NCBI GenBank assembly: GCA_024641285.1
Contig: JAHEDH010000002.1
Coordinates: 1-62,826, forward strand
DNA from: a bacterium
GTDB lineage: Bacteria > Actinomycetota > Acidimicrobiia > Spongiisociales > ZC4RG35
Direction of reading: 5' to 3'
Length of the DNA stretch: 62,826 nt
A program made the position numbers and the translations under genes. Position 1 is the first letter of the stretch. Every line of letters starts with the position of its first letter. Under the pieces are notes generated by a model. It was not told the origin of the DNA and made no database searches. It worked only from the letters and a program-made list of their open reading frames with translations. Of the stretch, positions 50,442-59,541 are shown one piece after another.

Positions 50442-51530
50442 ATGCAACCCACCGAACCAACCCCGTCCGTGTGGCGGACCTTCCGGCCGCTCTTCGCGAT
50501 CGCCGGAATCGTCGTCGCGGGCGTTGCCATCGTGTCCGTCGCCGCCAGCCTCGGTGAACGGGTCGGGACCTCGCTCACGAGTGACGACACGACTCTGACG
50601 GTCGAACCGGGACTGCCGGTGACGGTGGACATCCCGAACGGGGCCAGCGGGGAGCGGATCGGCGAGATCCTCCAGGAGAACGGTGTCGTGGCCAGCGCTG
50701 CAGAGTTCGAGGCGACGGTGAGAGTCGAGGGCCTCGACAACTCGTTGCGGGCCGGCAGCTACGACCTCGAGACCGGGATGGACACCTCGGAGGTGATAGC
50801 GATCCTCTCGGCGGGACCCACGATCGAGGTGTTCGACATCACGATTCGAGAGGGGCTGCGGGTGTCCGAGATCCTCGACGTCCTCGCCGAGGGTTCGGGC
50901 ATCGATCGCGTTGCCTTCGAGTCAGCCCTGCTCAGTGGCACGGTGACCACTTCGGTCACCGACATCAACGGGGCACTCGGGCTCAGCGCCTGGGAGGGCC
51001 TGCTCTTTCCGGACACCTATCGCTTCTCCGAGCAGGCGGATGCCAGCGACATCCTCAACCGCCTCGCCTCGACGATGGAACAGCGAATGGACTCGATCGA
51101 TTGGGGCCCCCTCGAGTCCGCAGGCTTGACGCGGTACCAGGGTGTGATCCTCGCCTCGCTGATCGAGTCCGAGGTCCGGGTGGCCGATGAGCGTCCGATC
51201 GTGTCGAGCGTTCTCCGAAACCGCATCGCCGACGGCCAGCGGCTCGAGATCGACGCCACCGTGCTCTACGGGCTGGACACGCGCGACCCCGCCTTGTTCA
51301 ACAACGAGTCGGACTCCCCGTACAACACGTATCGCGTCGATGGTCTGCCGCCGACGCCCATCTCGGCACCCGGGCTGGCGAGCTTGCAGGCCGCCGCTCA
51401 GCCCGCCGAGACCGACTTCCGCTACTACGTGCTCGCCGACGAGAACGGAGCGCATGCCTTCGCCGTCACCTTCGATGAGCATCTCGCCAACGTCGATCGG
51501 GCTCGCGCCGCCGGCCTGCTCGGCGGATGA
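50442..51530 (+). CDS. mltG: Endolytic murein transglycosylase MltG (YceG-like)
   Basis: N-terminal TM helix, LysM-like lobe, catalytic region LASLIESEV....ER..V..V..NR....M.L..D.TV.Y; PYNTY...GLPP.PI..PG..SL.AA..P. Confidence 0.85.
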   Translation: MQPTEPTPSVWRTFRPLFAIAGIVVAGVAIVSVAASLGERVGTSLTSDDTTLTVEPGLPVTVDIPNGASGERIGEILQENGVVASAAEFEATVRVEGLDNSLRAGSYDLETGMDTSEVIAILSAGPTIEVFDITIREGLRVSEILDVLAEGSGIDRVAFESALLSGTVTTSVTDINGALGLSAWEGLLFPDTYRFSEQADASDILNRLASTMEQRMDSIDWGPLESAGLTRYQGVILASLIESEVRVADERPIVSSVLRNRIADGQRLEIDATVLYGLDTRDPALFNNESDSPYNTYRVDGLPPTPISAPGLASLQAAAQPAETDFRYYVLADENGAHAFAVTFDEHLANVDRARAAGLLGG

Positions 51531-52351
51531 GCAGACGTTACGAACTGGCGGTTCTCGGAAGCCCGGTGAGCCACTCTCGGTCTCCGGTGATGCACCGGGC
51601 CGGGCTGGCCGCCGTCGGTCTTGCCGGTAGCTACGTGGCGATCGAGGTCGACGAGGTGGGTATGACGGTGCAGGCGGGGCGGCTCCGGCGCTCCGAGCTC
51701 CACGGCGCAAACATCACGATGCCTCACAAGCGCACCGCCGCCCGGCTGGCCGATGTCCTGACGACGACGGCGGCGCGGGCCGGTGCGGTCAACACCTGGT
51801 TCATGGTCGGCGACGAATTGGTCGGCGAGTCCACCGACGTGCACGGCGTTCGTGAGGTCTTCTCTCGACGAGCACTGCCAACCGAGTCGATCCTCGTTCT
51901 GGGCAGCGGAGGCGCCGCCGCGGCGGCACTCGTCGCATGCGCCGGCCACCGGATCGCCATCTCGGCGCGATCGGCTCGCAAGGCGGCTGCGCTTCTGGAG
52001 CGGACCGGCGTCGATGCGCGCCTCATCGATTGGGGCATCGGACTGACAGGTGCGACGGTGGTGAACGCGACCCCGATCGGGATGCACGGTGACGCGCTTC
52101 CCGAACCCGTGATCTCCCAGGCTGCGGCGATGTTCGACATGACGTACGGAGACGTTCCCTCACCTGCGCTGTCGGCGACGCAGGCCGAAGGCCGGCCGAT
52201 CGCCGATGGCATCGATCTCCTCGCCGCCCAGGCAGAAGAGAGTTTCCGCATCTGGACTGGCGTGCAGCCCCCGGACGGGCTGTTCGAGACGGTTGCGAGA
52301 AACGTCTCAAGACCCCCTCCCACACCACCGATTCAAGAGGAGTCCGAGTAA
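51527..52351 (+). CDS. aroE: Shikimate dehydrogenase AroE
   Basis: LAVLGSPVSHSRSPVMH, NITMPHK, GAVNT, LVLGSGGAA, N.TP.GM. Confidence 0.85.
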   Translation: MSRRYELAVLGSPVSHSRSPVMHRAGLAAVGLAGSYVAIEVDEVGMTVQAGRLRRSELHGANITMPHKRTAARLADVLTTTAARAGAVNTWFMVGDELVGESTDVHGVREVFSRRALPTESILVLGSGGAAAAALVACAGHRIAISARSARKAAALLERTGVDARLIDWGIGLTGATVVNATPIGMHGDALPEPVISQAAAMFDMTYGDVPSPALSATQAEGRPIADGIDLLAAQAEESFRIWTGVQPPDGLFETVARNVSRPPPTPPIQEESE

Positions 52352-52362
52352 CAGGAGTTGCC

Positions 52363-53616
52363 ATGTCCCTCACAGGGAACCTCGAGATCTTCCCGATGCC
52401 GGAAGTTCTCCGTCTGCTTTCGAGATCGAAGAAGACCGGCTGCCTGACCGTGGACGCCGTCGAGACGCAAGGCCGCGTCTACCTCGCCGGCGGCTCGATC
52501 ACGTTCGCCAACACGGAGTCCGATGACGCCATCCGCCGTTCGCTCATCAACGGCGGACTTGTGACCGACGAGTCGCTGCGAGCGGCGAACGGCTCGATCC
52601 CCGATGCCCTCGTCGAAGGCGTGGACGCCGGGTCGATCACCGATTTCGTGCGCGAGCAGGTCGTCGAGAGCCTCTACCGGATCCGCAAGCCGGGGCACGG
52701 CGACTTCGAGTTCACCGTCGACCTGGCCCCGACCTACTTCACCGGTCAGCAGTTCGACGCCGAGGTGGCCGTGGCCGAGTCCGAGCGACGCGCCGCGGAG
52801 TGGGCCGACATCCTCGGGTCGATCGACAATTTGGACGCCCCGGTCAAGATGGTCCGTGAGCTCCCCGACGACAACAGCGTCACGATCGCCGCTCCCACCT
52901 GGAAGGTGCTGGCGTCGCTCGAGGGCGGAACCAGCGTCCGCGAACTGGCCTATCGAACCGGGATGAGCGAGTTCCGGGCGGCACGCGAGCTGGCCGGACT
53001 GGTTCGAAGCGAGCTCGTGGCGGTCGTCGACCACCTCCCCACCTTCGATTCGGGCTACCAGGCTCCGGTGGTCGAGCGCCGGGCTGCTCCGGTCATCGAG
53101 GAGTCTCCGGTCGAAGAGCCTGAGGCGACGAGTCCGGAGCCCCCGGTCGACGACTTCGAATCGTTCTTCGACACCACGCCGGTCGAGCAGCCCCAGCAGG
53201 ACGAGACGCCGGCGGAGGCCGCCGACGAGACTCCAGATGTGTGGGGAACCTCGCCATGGGACACGCCAGAGCAGGAACCGGCCCGGGAACCGGCTGCAGA
53301 AACCAACGGGTGGTTCGACGACGCGCCAGCGGGCGAAGAGGCCACCGCAAAACCGGCTACCGAGGCCGAAGAACCGCAGCAAGAGCCCGAGAAGGCTCCC
53401 GCATCGGATGGCGGCTGGTGGGCCAGTGCCATGGACACTCCCGAGGAGAAGTCGGACGGTCCTTCCGATCCCGACAGCTTCCTCGAGAGCGTGTTCTCTC
53501 AGTTGAGCGACGATGGCGAGCAGACCGAGTCCACCGAGGACGAGACCGGTTTCTCGATGGGGCTGCTCCGTCGCCGTCGGATGGGCACCGCTGCCCGGGA
53601 CATCTCCGAAGGCTGA
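52363..53616 (+). CDS. DUF4388-domain protein with wHTH-like middle region and a long acidic, Trp-dotted disordered tail
   Basis: N-terminus LTGNLEIFPMPEVLRLLSRSKKTGCLTV....QGRVYLAGGSITFA (DUF4388 pattern). TWKVLASLEGGTSVRELAYRTGMSEFRAARELAGLVRSELV. The last ~190 aa are E/P/D/T-rich with VWGTSPWDTPE, NGWFDDAP and GGWWASAMDTPEE. Confidence 0.7.
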   Translation: MSLTGNLEIFPMPEVLRLLSRSKKTGCLTVDAVETQGRVYLAGGSITFANTESDDAIRRSLINGGLVTDESLRAANGSIPDALVEGVDAGSITDFVREQVVESLYRIRKPGHGDFEFTVDLAPTYFTGQQFDAEVAVAESERRAAEWADILGSIDNLDAPVKMVRELPDDNSVTIAAPTWKVLASLEGGTSVRELAYRTGMSEFRAARELAGLVRSELVAVVDHLPTFDSGYQAPVVERRAAPVIEESPVEEPEATSPEPPVDDFESFFDTTPVEQPQQDETPAEAADETPDVWGTSPWDTPEQEPAREPAAETNGWFDDAPAGEEATAKPATEAEEPQQEPEKAPASDGGWWASAMDTPEEKSDGPSDPDSFLESVFSQLSDDGEQTESTEDETGFSMGLLRRRRMGTAARDISEG

Positions 53617-53642
53617 ACCTGATCGACCACCTCGGACCAAGG

Positions 53643-53671
53643 AACGCCCCTGTCACTCCGGCGGGGGCGTT
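53643..53671 (+). terminator. Intrinsic-terminator-like hairpin after the DUF4388 gene
   Basis: aacgcccc (53643-50) pairs with ggggcgtt (53664-71), followed by tcgctt. Confidence 0.4.
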
Positions 53672-53752
53672 TCGCTTGACTCGACTCGGCGAGATCGGTG
53701 TGAGCGGGCGGTCGTCAGAACTGCCACGACCCGCCGCTAGCGTCGCAGCGCT

Positions 53753-54487
53753 GTGATCGTTCTCCTCATCGTTGCGGTCGGCCTCGGTGCGATCGTCGGA
53801 CCGGTGCTGCACCGCATCGCCATCGCCACATCTACGCGAACCCCGATCGCCACGCCTTACGGGCGATGTCTCGAGTGCGGCTCCACGCGTCGCTGGCCCT
53901 ATGTGCCGTGTGAGAACGGCCATCCGGGCTCGGTCAGGGAGCGGTGGTGGTCCCTGGCCTATGTCACGGTGTTCGTGGCGACCGTCCTGGTGACCGGGGT
54001 CGCCAGTGAGGTCACCGCCTATCTGGTGTTCGCCGGCGTGACGCTGACGCTCGTGATCACCGACATCGATGAGAAGCTGATTCCGAACAAGGTGCTGTTC
54101 CCGGGCGGAGCGGCGGCGATCGTCCTCCTGGTGATCGAGGCGGCGGTGAGCGGACGACTGGACCGGGTCGGGCCATCGTTCCTGGCCGGCGCCGGTTACT
54201 ACCTGGTGTTCTTCGGAGTGCACCTGCTCAACCGGGAGGGCTTTGGTATGGGCGACGTGAAGCTGGCCTTCCTCCTCGGTTACTTCGCGATGTTCGATTC
54301 GCTCCGCATCTTCTTGTTGGCGGTCTTCTTCACCGGGTTCATCGGCGGCCTTCCGGCGATCGCGCTCCTCCTGACGAGGCGCGTCGGACCGAAGTACGCC
54401 CTCCCGTACGGCCCGGCGATGGTGTTGGGAGCGTGGGCGGCGATCGCCTTCGGTGAGCCGTTCCTCGGCTGGTATCTCGCTCGGTAA
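53753..54487 (+). CDS. A24-family prepilin (type IV leader) peptidase
   Basis: N-terminal CxxC...C region (GRCLECGS..), TM helices, catalytic-Asp contexts ITDIDEKLIPN and GFGMGDVKL. Confidence 0.8.
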   Translation: MIVLLIVAVGLGAIVGPVLHRIAIATSTRTPIATPYGRCLECGSTRRWPYVPCENGHPGSVRERWWSLAYVTVFVATVLVTGVASEVTAYLVFAGVTLTLVITDIDEKLIPNKVLFPGGAAAIVLLVIEAAVSGRLDRVGPSFLAGAGYYLVFFGVHLLNREGFGMGDVKLAFLLGYFAMFDSLRIFLLAVFFTGFIGGLPAIALLLTRRVGPKYALPYGPAMVLGAWAAIAFGEPFLGWYLAR

Positions 54488-54497
54488 CCTCCTGGCG

Positions 54498-55652
54498 ATG
54501 TTCCGATACCTCACAGCCGGCGAGTCGCACGGGCCCGCGCTCGTGGCGGTCGCCGAGGGCCTCCCTGCCGGCTTGCGCGTCGATCGTGGAGAGCTCGGTG
54601 GGGAGCTGGCGCGGCGACGCCTCGGATTCGGTCGGGGCGGCCGGATGAAGCTGGAACGCGACGAGATCGAGTTCCTCGGGGGAGTCCGCCACGGAATCAG
54701 CATCGGGTCGCCGATCGCGATCATGGTGCGCAACACGGAATTCGAGGAGAAGTGGTCCGAGGAGATGAACCCCTATTCGGGCTCACCGATCAAGCCGCTC
54801 ACGACGCCCCGGCCGGGGCATGCGGACCTCGTCGGCATGATGAAATACGACCTCAAGGATGCCCGCAACATCCTCGAACGGGCCTCCGCCCGGGAGACCG
54901 CGGCGAGGACGGTGATCGGCTATCTCTCGAAGGTGTTCCTGGCGGCAGTCGGTGTCGATGTCCTCAGCCACGTGGTCGGGATCGGATCGGCGGTGACGAC
55001 GCGAGCAGCAGTCCCGACGCCGGCCGATCTCGAGCGCATCGATGGCTCACCGGTGCGGGCATTCGATCCTGAGATCGAACGGCGGATGATCGCAGAGATC
55101 GAGGCAGCGCGGGCAGATCGAGACACGCTGGGTGGAGTCGTCGAGGTGGTCGTCCACGGTCTCGTCCCCGGGATCGGCAGCCACGTGCATGGTGATCGCC
55201 GACTCGACGCCCGCCTCGCCGAGGCGCTGATGTCGATTCAGGCCATGAAAGGCGTCGAGATCGGAGACGGATTCGAAACCGCCCGTCGGCGAGGCTCCGA
55301 GGCACACGACGAGATCTTTCGATCCGACGACGGCTACGGGCGAGAGACCAACCGGGCGGGCGGCACCGAAGGCGGGATGTCGATCGGCGACGTGCTCAGG
55401 GTCCGGGTGGCGATGAAGCCGATCTCGACGGTTCCCAAGTCGCTGCAGACCGTCGATGTCTCTTCTGGACAGCCGGAACGAGCCTTCTATGAGCGATCCG
55501 ATGTCGTGGCGGTGCCCGCCGCAGGAGTGGTCGCCGAGCAGATGGTCGCCATCGTCCTCGTTCAGGAGATCCAGCGGAAGTTCGGTGGCGACACCATCAC
55601 CGACGTCGTCGACGCCTGGGACAGCTATCGGCGTCGCATCGAACGGTTCTGA
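54498..55652 (+). CDS. aroC: Chorismate synthase
   Basis: MFRYLTAGESHGPALVAV.EGLPAGL, GRGGRM..E.D...F..GVRHG.S.GSPI, RPGHAD, ERASARETAARV. Confidence 0.95.
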   Translation: MFRYLTAGESHGPALVAVAEGLPAGLRVDRGELGGELARRRLGFGRGGRMKLERDEIEFLGGVRHGISIGSPIAIMVRNTEFEEKWSEEMNPYSGSPIKPLTTPRPGHADLVGMMKYDLKDARNILERASARETAARTVIGYLSKVFLAAVGVDVLSHVVGIGSAVTTRAAVPTPADLERIDGSPVRAFDPEIERRMIAEIEAARADRDTLGGVVEVVVHGLVPGIGSHVHGDRRLDARLAEALMSIQAMKGVEIGDGFETARRRGSEAHDEIFRSDDGYGRETNRAGGTEGGMSIGDVLRVRVAMKPISTVPKSLQTVDVSSGQPERAFYERSDVVAVPAAGVVAEQMVAIVLVQEIQRKFGGDTITDVVDAWDSYRRRIERF

Positions 55653-56161
55653 TGAGCGAGCGACTGTGGCTCGTCGGCATGATGGGCGCCGGAAAGTCGA
55701 CCGTCGGCAGCGATGTCGCGTCACAACACGAGGTGGACTTCCACGACACCGATCTGCTCATCGAGGACCGGGCCGGCATGAGCGTCCGCGAACTGTTCGA
55801 GACGGTCGGCGTCGTTGCGTTCCGCGATCTCGAACATCAGGCGATCGAGACCGCCTCCACACTCACCGGAGTCATCGCCACCGGGGGAGGCGCCGTCCTC
55901 GATCCCGCTTCACGGCGCCTCATGAGGGACTCGGGTGTCGTCGTCTATCTCAGGGCAAGTCCATCCACACTCGCTCGACGCGTCCACGGCGGCACGGCCC
56001 GTCCGCTGCTCGACGGCAAGGATGCCAGCGAGACTCTCGCCGGCATCCTCGAGGAACGCGACCCGCACTATCGGGCGACCGCCCATCATGTCGTCGGCAC
56101 GAACGGGAGACGTCGTCGTCAGGTGGTCGAGGAGGTGATCCGGCTGTGGACAGATACGTGA
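55652..56161 (+). CDS. aroK: Shikimate kinase
   Basis: LVGMMGAGKSTVG, D.D..IE...G.S..E.F...G...FR..E, ATGGG. TGATG overlap with aroC. Confidence 0.9.
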   Translation: MSERLWLVGMMGAGKSTVGSDVASQHEVDFHDTDLLIEDRAGMSVRELFETVGVVAFRDLEHQAIETASTLTGVIATGGGAVLDPASRRLMRDSGVVVYLRASPSTLARRVHGGTARPLLDGKDASETLAGILEERDPHYRATAHHVVGTNGRRRRQVVEEVIRLWTDT

Positions 56162-57165
56162 TCGCACCCGACGCCGAGGTCCTCGTCGGGAGGAATCTCG
56201 GCCTTCGCCTGCCAGAGCGCTCGAGCCGAGAGCGCGTCGTCGTCCTCACCCAACCTGGCGAGCCGCACCGGGTTGCCGAGGCGTTCGTCGGTGAGATGAG
56301 CGGGCTCGAAGTGATGGTGATCGAGTTGCCCGACCGGGAGCTCGCCAAGGAACTGGCCGTGGTCGGCGACACGTACGACCGCTTGGCCGACTTCAACCTC
56401 GGCCGCCACGACACCGTGGTCGGTGTGGGAGGGGGAGCGCTCACCGACGTCGCAGGCTTCGTGGCCGCAACGTGGCTGCGAGGCGTCGAATCCGTGCTCA
56501 TCCCGACGACACTGCTCGGCGCCGTCGATGCCTCGATCGGCGGCAAGGCGGGGATCAACCGTCGCGGGAAGAACCTGGTCGGCGCGTTCTGGCATCCCAG
56601 TCGGGTGATCGTCGATCTCGACACCCTCGATCGAATCCCCGAGGCGCTCAAATTGGAGGGGGCGGCCGAGATCATCAAAGCAGGGCTGATCCGCGACCCG
56701 GCGATCGTCCAGGCGTACGCCACGCATGGTCTCGGTGCTCCGCTCGACGAGGTCGTGCCCCGCGCCGTCGCAGTCAAGGCGGGGATCGTCGCCGAGGACT
56801 TCCGTGAGGCCGGCGACCGGGCGCTGCTCAATCTCGGCCACACGCTCGGCCACGCCATCGAAATCCTCGCGCCCATGCCCCATGGGTTCGCCGTGTCGGT
56901 GGGCATGGTCGCAGCCGGGCTGGTGTCTTCGGCGCGGTTCGGGTTCGACGCGGCGTGGCTCACCGACCTGTTGTTCACCGTCGGGCTCCCGGTGGCGGCT
57001 TCCGGGATCTCCGGAACGGCGGCGCTGGAGCTCGTGCAACGCGACAAGAAGCGGACGGCCGAGGGCATCAGGATGGTGCTCTTGCGATCGATCGGTGACC
57101 CTGTCATCGAGACGGTGTCGCTCGACGAGGTCGGCGCGGGACTGGCGGCCATCGGGGCGGCGTGA
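56146..57165 (+). CDS. aroB: 3-dehydroquinate synthase
   Basis: VGVGGGALTDVAGFVAATWLRGV..V.IPTTLLG.VDAS.GGK.GIN...GKNL.GAF..P, LNLGHT.GHAIE. The GTG start at 56146 is tentative; the track ORF begins much further upstream. Confidence 0.85.
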   Translation: MDRYVIAPDAEVLVGRNLGLRLPERSSRERVVVLTQPGEPHRVAEAFVGEMSGLEVMVIELPDRELAKELAVVGDTYDRLADFNLGRHDTVVGVGGGALTDVAGFVAATWLRGVESVLIPTTLLGAVDASIGGKAGINRRGKNLVGAFWHPSRVIVDLDTLDRIPEALKLEGAAEIIKAGLIRDPAIVQAYATHGLGAPLDEVVPRAVAVKAGIVAEDFREAGDRALLNLGHTLGHAIEILAPMPHGFAVSVGMVAAGLVSSARFGFDAAWLTDLLFTVGLPVAASGISGTAALELVQRDKKRTAEGIRMVLLRSIGDPVIETVSLDEVGAGLAAIGAA

Positions 57166-57213
57166 TCACCGAGGTACGCTGGTGGCGCCCACCCCTACAG
57201 AGGATTCACTGCA

Positions 57214-57771
57214 ATGGTCTCCACCAACGACGCCCGGCCAGGCATGGCGCTCGACCTCCCCGAAGGCCTGTTTTCGATCGTCACGTCTGAGCATGTCAAG
57301 CCAGGCAAGGGCAGGGCGTTCGTCAGGATGAAGCTCAAGAACGTCGAGACCGGTCAGGTGGTCGACAAGACCTTCCGGGCCGGCGAGGACGTGCAACAGG
57401 CCATCATCGAGCGGCGGGACCACCAGTTCCTGTATCGCGACGACATGGGGTACCACTTCATGAACCTCGACGACTACAGCCAGATCCCGCTGTCGGAATC
57501 CGATGTGGGCGATGCCGCTCCGTATCTGCTCGAAGGGGCCACGGTGTCGGTGACGTCGTACCAGGGGACCCCGATCGGTGTCGACCTGCCCGCCTCCGTC
57601 GAGATGGAGGTGACCTACGCCGAGCCTGCGGTCAAGGGCAACACCGTGTCCGGCGCGACCAAGCCCGTGACGCTCGAAACGGGGCTCGAGGTGCAGGTGC
57701 CCCTGTTCGTCGAGACGGGCGATCGAATCAAGGTCGACACCCGTAGCGGCGAATACCTCACCAGGGCGTGA
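57214..57771 (+). CDS. efp: Elongation factor P
   Basis: STNDARPGMALDL.EGLFSIV..EHVKPGKGRAFVRMKLKNV.TGQ, KG.T.SGATKP..LETG..V.VP.F. Confidence 0.95.
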   Translation: MVSTNDARPGMALDLPEGLFSIVTSEHVKPGKGRAFVRMKLKNVETGQVVDKTFRAGEDVQQAIIERRDHQFLYRDDMGYHFMNLDDYSQIPLSESDVGDAAPYLLEGATVSVTSYQGTPIGVDLPASVEMEVTYAEPAVKGNTVSGATKPVTLETGLEVQVPLFVETGDRIKVDTRSGEYLTRA

Positions 57772-58157
57772 CGGCCGATACGCCCGAGCCTCGGGAACGG
57801 GCGTTCATGGCGCTGTACCGAGCCGATCAGCTGAGGATCGACACCGTCGAGGGACTCACCGGCAGAGCGGAGCGTCTCGCCCTCGGAACCATTCGCCATC
57901 TCGGCGAGATCGATCGGCTGATCGATGGCGCAGCCCAGCATTGGACGGTCGATCGAATGCCGGCGGTCGATCGCGCTCTCCTCAGGCTCGCTACCTACGA
58001 ACTCGCGCATGAGCCCGACACGCCAACCGCGGTGATCCTCAACGAGACGGTCCAGATCGCCAAGGAGTATTCGACCGAGAACAGCGGCCGATTCATCAAC
58101 GGCGTCCTCGCAACGATCGCCGATCGTGTGCGGACGAGTCGAGATCCCGGCGCCTGA
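57768..58157 (+). CDS. nusB: Transcription antitermination factor NusB
   Basis: RA..ALY.AD......, W...RM...DR..LR.A.YEL......P..V..NE.V..AK.....NSGRFINGVL. GTGA overlap with efp. Confidence 0.9.
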   Translation: MTADTPEPRERAFMALYRADQLRIDTVEGLTGRAERLALGTIRHLGEIDRLIDGAAQHWTVDRMPAVDRALLRLATYELAHEPDTPTAVILNETVQIAKEYSTENSGRFINGVLATIADRVRTSRDPGA

Positions 58158-58264
58158 GGTGCTGTCGGCTCTCGGCGATCGGCTGTCACGCATCGATCGC
58201 CGATAGCTGACCGCACTGTTGTCGCGAGTACTGCAAAGTCGGAGAGCTCGGTAGCCTCTCGGGC

Positions 58265-59305
58265 ATGGTTGATCGAGTGTTGGTGGCCGAGCCGCGCGGG
58301 TTCTGCGCAGGTGTCGAGATGGCGATCAAGGCGCTCACCTGGATGGTCCGGATCTTCGACGGGCCGGTCTACTGCTATCACGAGATCGTTCACAACGAGT
58401 GGGTGGTCAAGGCATTCGAACGGGTCGGTGTCGTCTTCGTCGACCATATCGACCAGGTGCCCGAGGGCGCTCCGGTCATGCTGTCTGCCCACGGGTCGGC
58501 GCCCGAAGTCGTCGCAGGTGCCCAGGATCGGGCGGCGATCGTCATCGACGCGGTCTGCCCGCTCGTCACCAAAGTGCACCATGAGGTGAAGCGGATGGCC
58601 GAAAAGGGCTTCGACATCCTCTACATCGGGCACGAGGGCCACGATGAGGCGGTCGGGACGGTTGCCGAGGCGCCCGAGTCGATCACGCTGATCGAACCGG
58701 AACTCGGGCTCGGAGCATTCGAGCCCAGCGATCCCGAGAAGGTCGCCCTCCTCGCCCAGACGACCCTCGGGGTGTACGAGTGGCAGGAGGTCATGGACTC
58801 GGCTCAGACCCGCTACCCGGACCTCTGGACCGCCCGGCGTAGCGACCTCTGCTACGCGACGACCAATCGCCAGTCGGCCGTCCAGGCGCTGGTCGAGCAC
58901 GCCGATCTCATCCTCGTCGTCGGCTCCGAGAACTCGTCGAACACCCAGGCGCTGGTGCGGGTCGCCCTCGAGCACGGGGTGCCGGCACATCGGATCGACT
59001 CTGCAGACCGGATCCGGGACGACTGGCTGGAAGGGATCTCGGTAGTCGGTCTCACGGCCGGCGCCTCTGCACCCGACCACCTCGTCCAGGCTGTGATCGA
59101 CAGGCTCGACCCGACGCTCGGATTCGAGTTGTTCTCGGTGACCGAGGAGGAGGAGTATTTCCCACTGCCTCCTCAGTTGCGCAATTTCGTCGGCGTGCTC
59201 CAGGCGATGATCGAGGCATCGGTCACCGCCCGCCCCGCCAGGGAGCCGGGGCTGATCGAGACCGACCGCTCCTGGACTGCCACCGAAGCTCTCGACATTC
59301 TGTGA
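58265..59305 (+). CDS. ispH: 4-hydroxy-3-methylbut-2-enyl diphosphate reductase IspH/LytB
   Basis: VLVAEPRGFCAGVEMAI, HEIVHN, SAHG, DAVCPLVTKVH, GHEGHDE..GT, VVGSENSSN. Confidence 0.9.
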   Translation: MVDRVLVAEPRGFCAGVEMAIKALTWMVRIFDGPVYCYHEIVHNEWVVKAFERVGVVFVDHIDQVPEGAPVMLSAHGSAPEVVAGAQDRAAIVIDAVCPLVTKVHHEVKRMAEKGFDILYIGHEGHDEAVGTVAEAPESITLIEPELGLGAFEPSDPEKVALLAQTTLGVYEWQEVMDSAQTRYPDLWTARRSDLCYATTNRQSAVQALVEHADLILVVGSENSSNTQALVRVALEHGVPAHRIDSADRIRDDWLEGISVVGLTAGASAPDHLVQAVIDRLDPTLGFELFSVTEEEEYFPLPPQLRNFVGVLQAMIEASVTARPAREPGLIETDRSWTATEALDIL

Positions 59306-59477
59306 CACCCGCGCCGCAACGAGCTCACCGGGCCCGCAACCGTTTTGATCCCGCCCGCCGGCACGAGCTCCCGGCCATCCTCGCCCGTTCGTGCACATGG
59401 TTCTGCCCGGTATGCGCCTGCGGTGGCCACATCGTGCGTTGAGCCCATTCGAAGGCTGCCAGTAGCCGGAAGCTGAG

Positions 59478-59505
59478 AGCCGGGAGCCGATAGCCGGGAG
59501 CCGAT
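59478..59505. repeat. Perfect tandem duplication of a 14-nt unit upstream of der
   Basis: agccgggagccgat occurs twice (59478-59491 and 59492-59505). A third partial copy, ggagccgata, lies at 59521-59530. Confidence 0.8.
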
Positions 59506-59541
59506 AGCGTCGGCGACGAAGGAGCCGATACGCTTTCGCAC

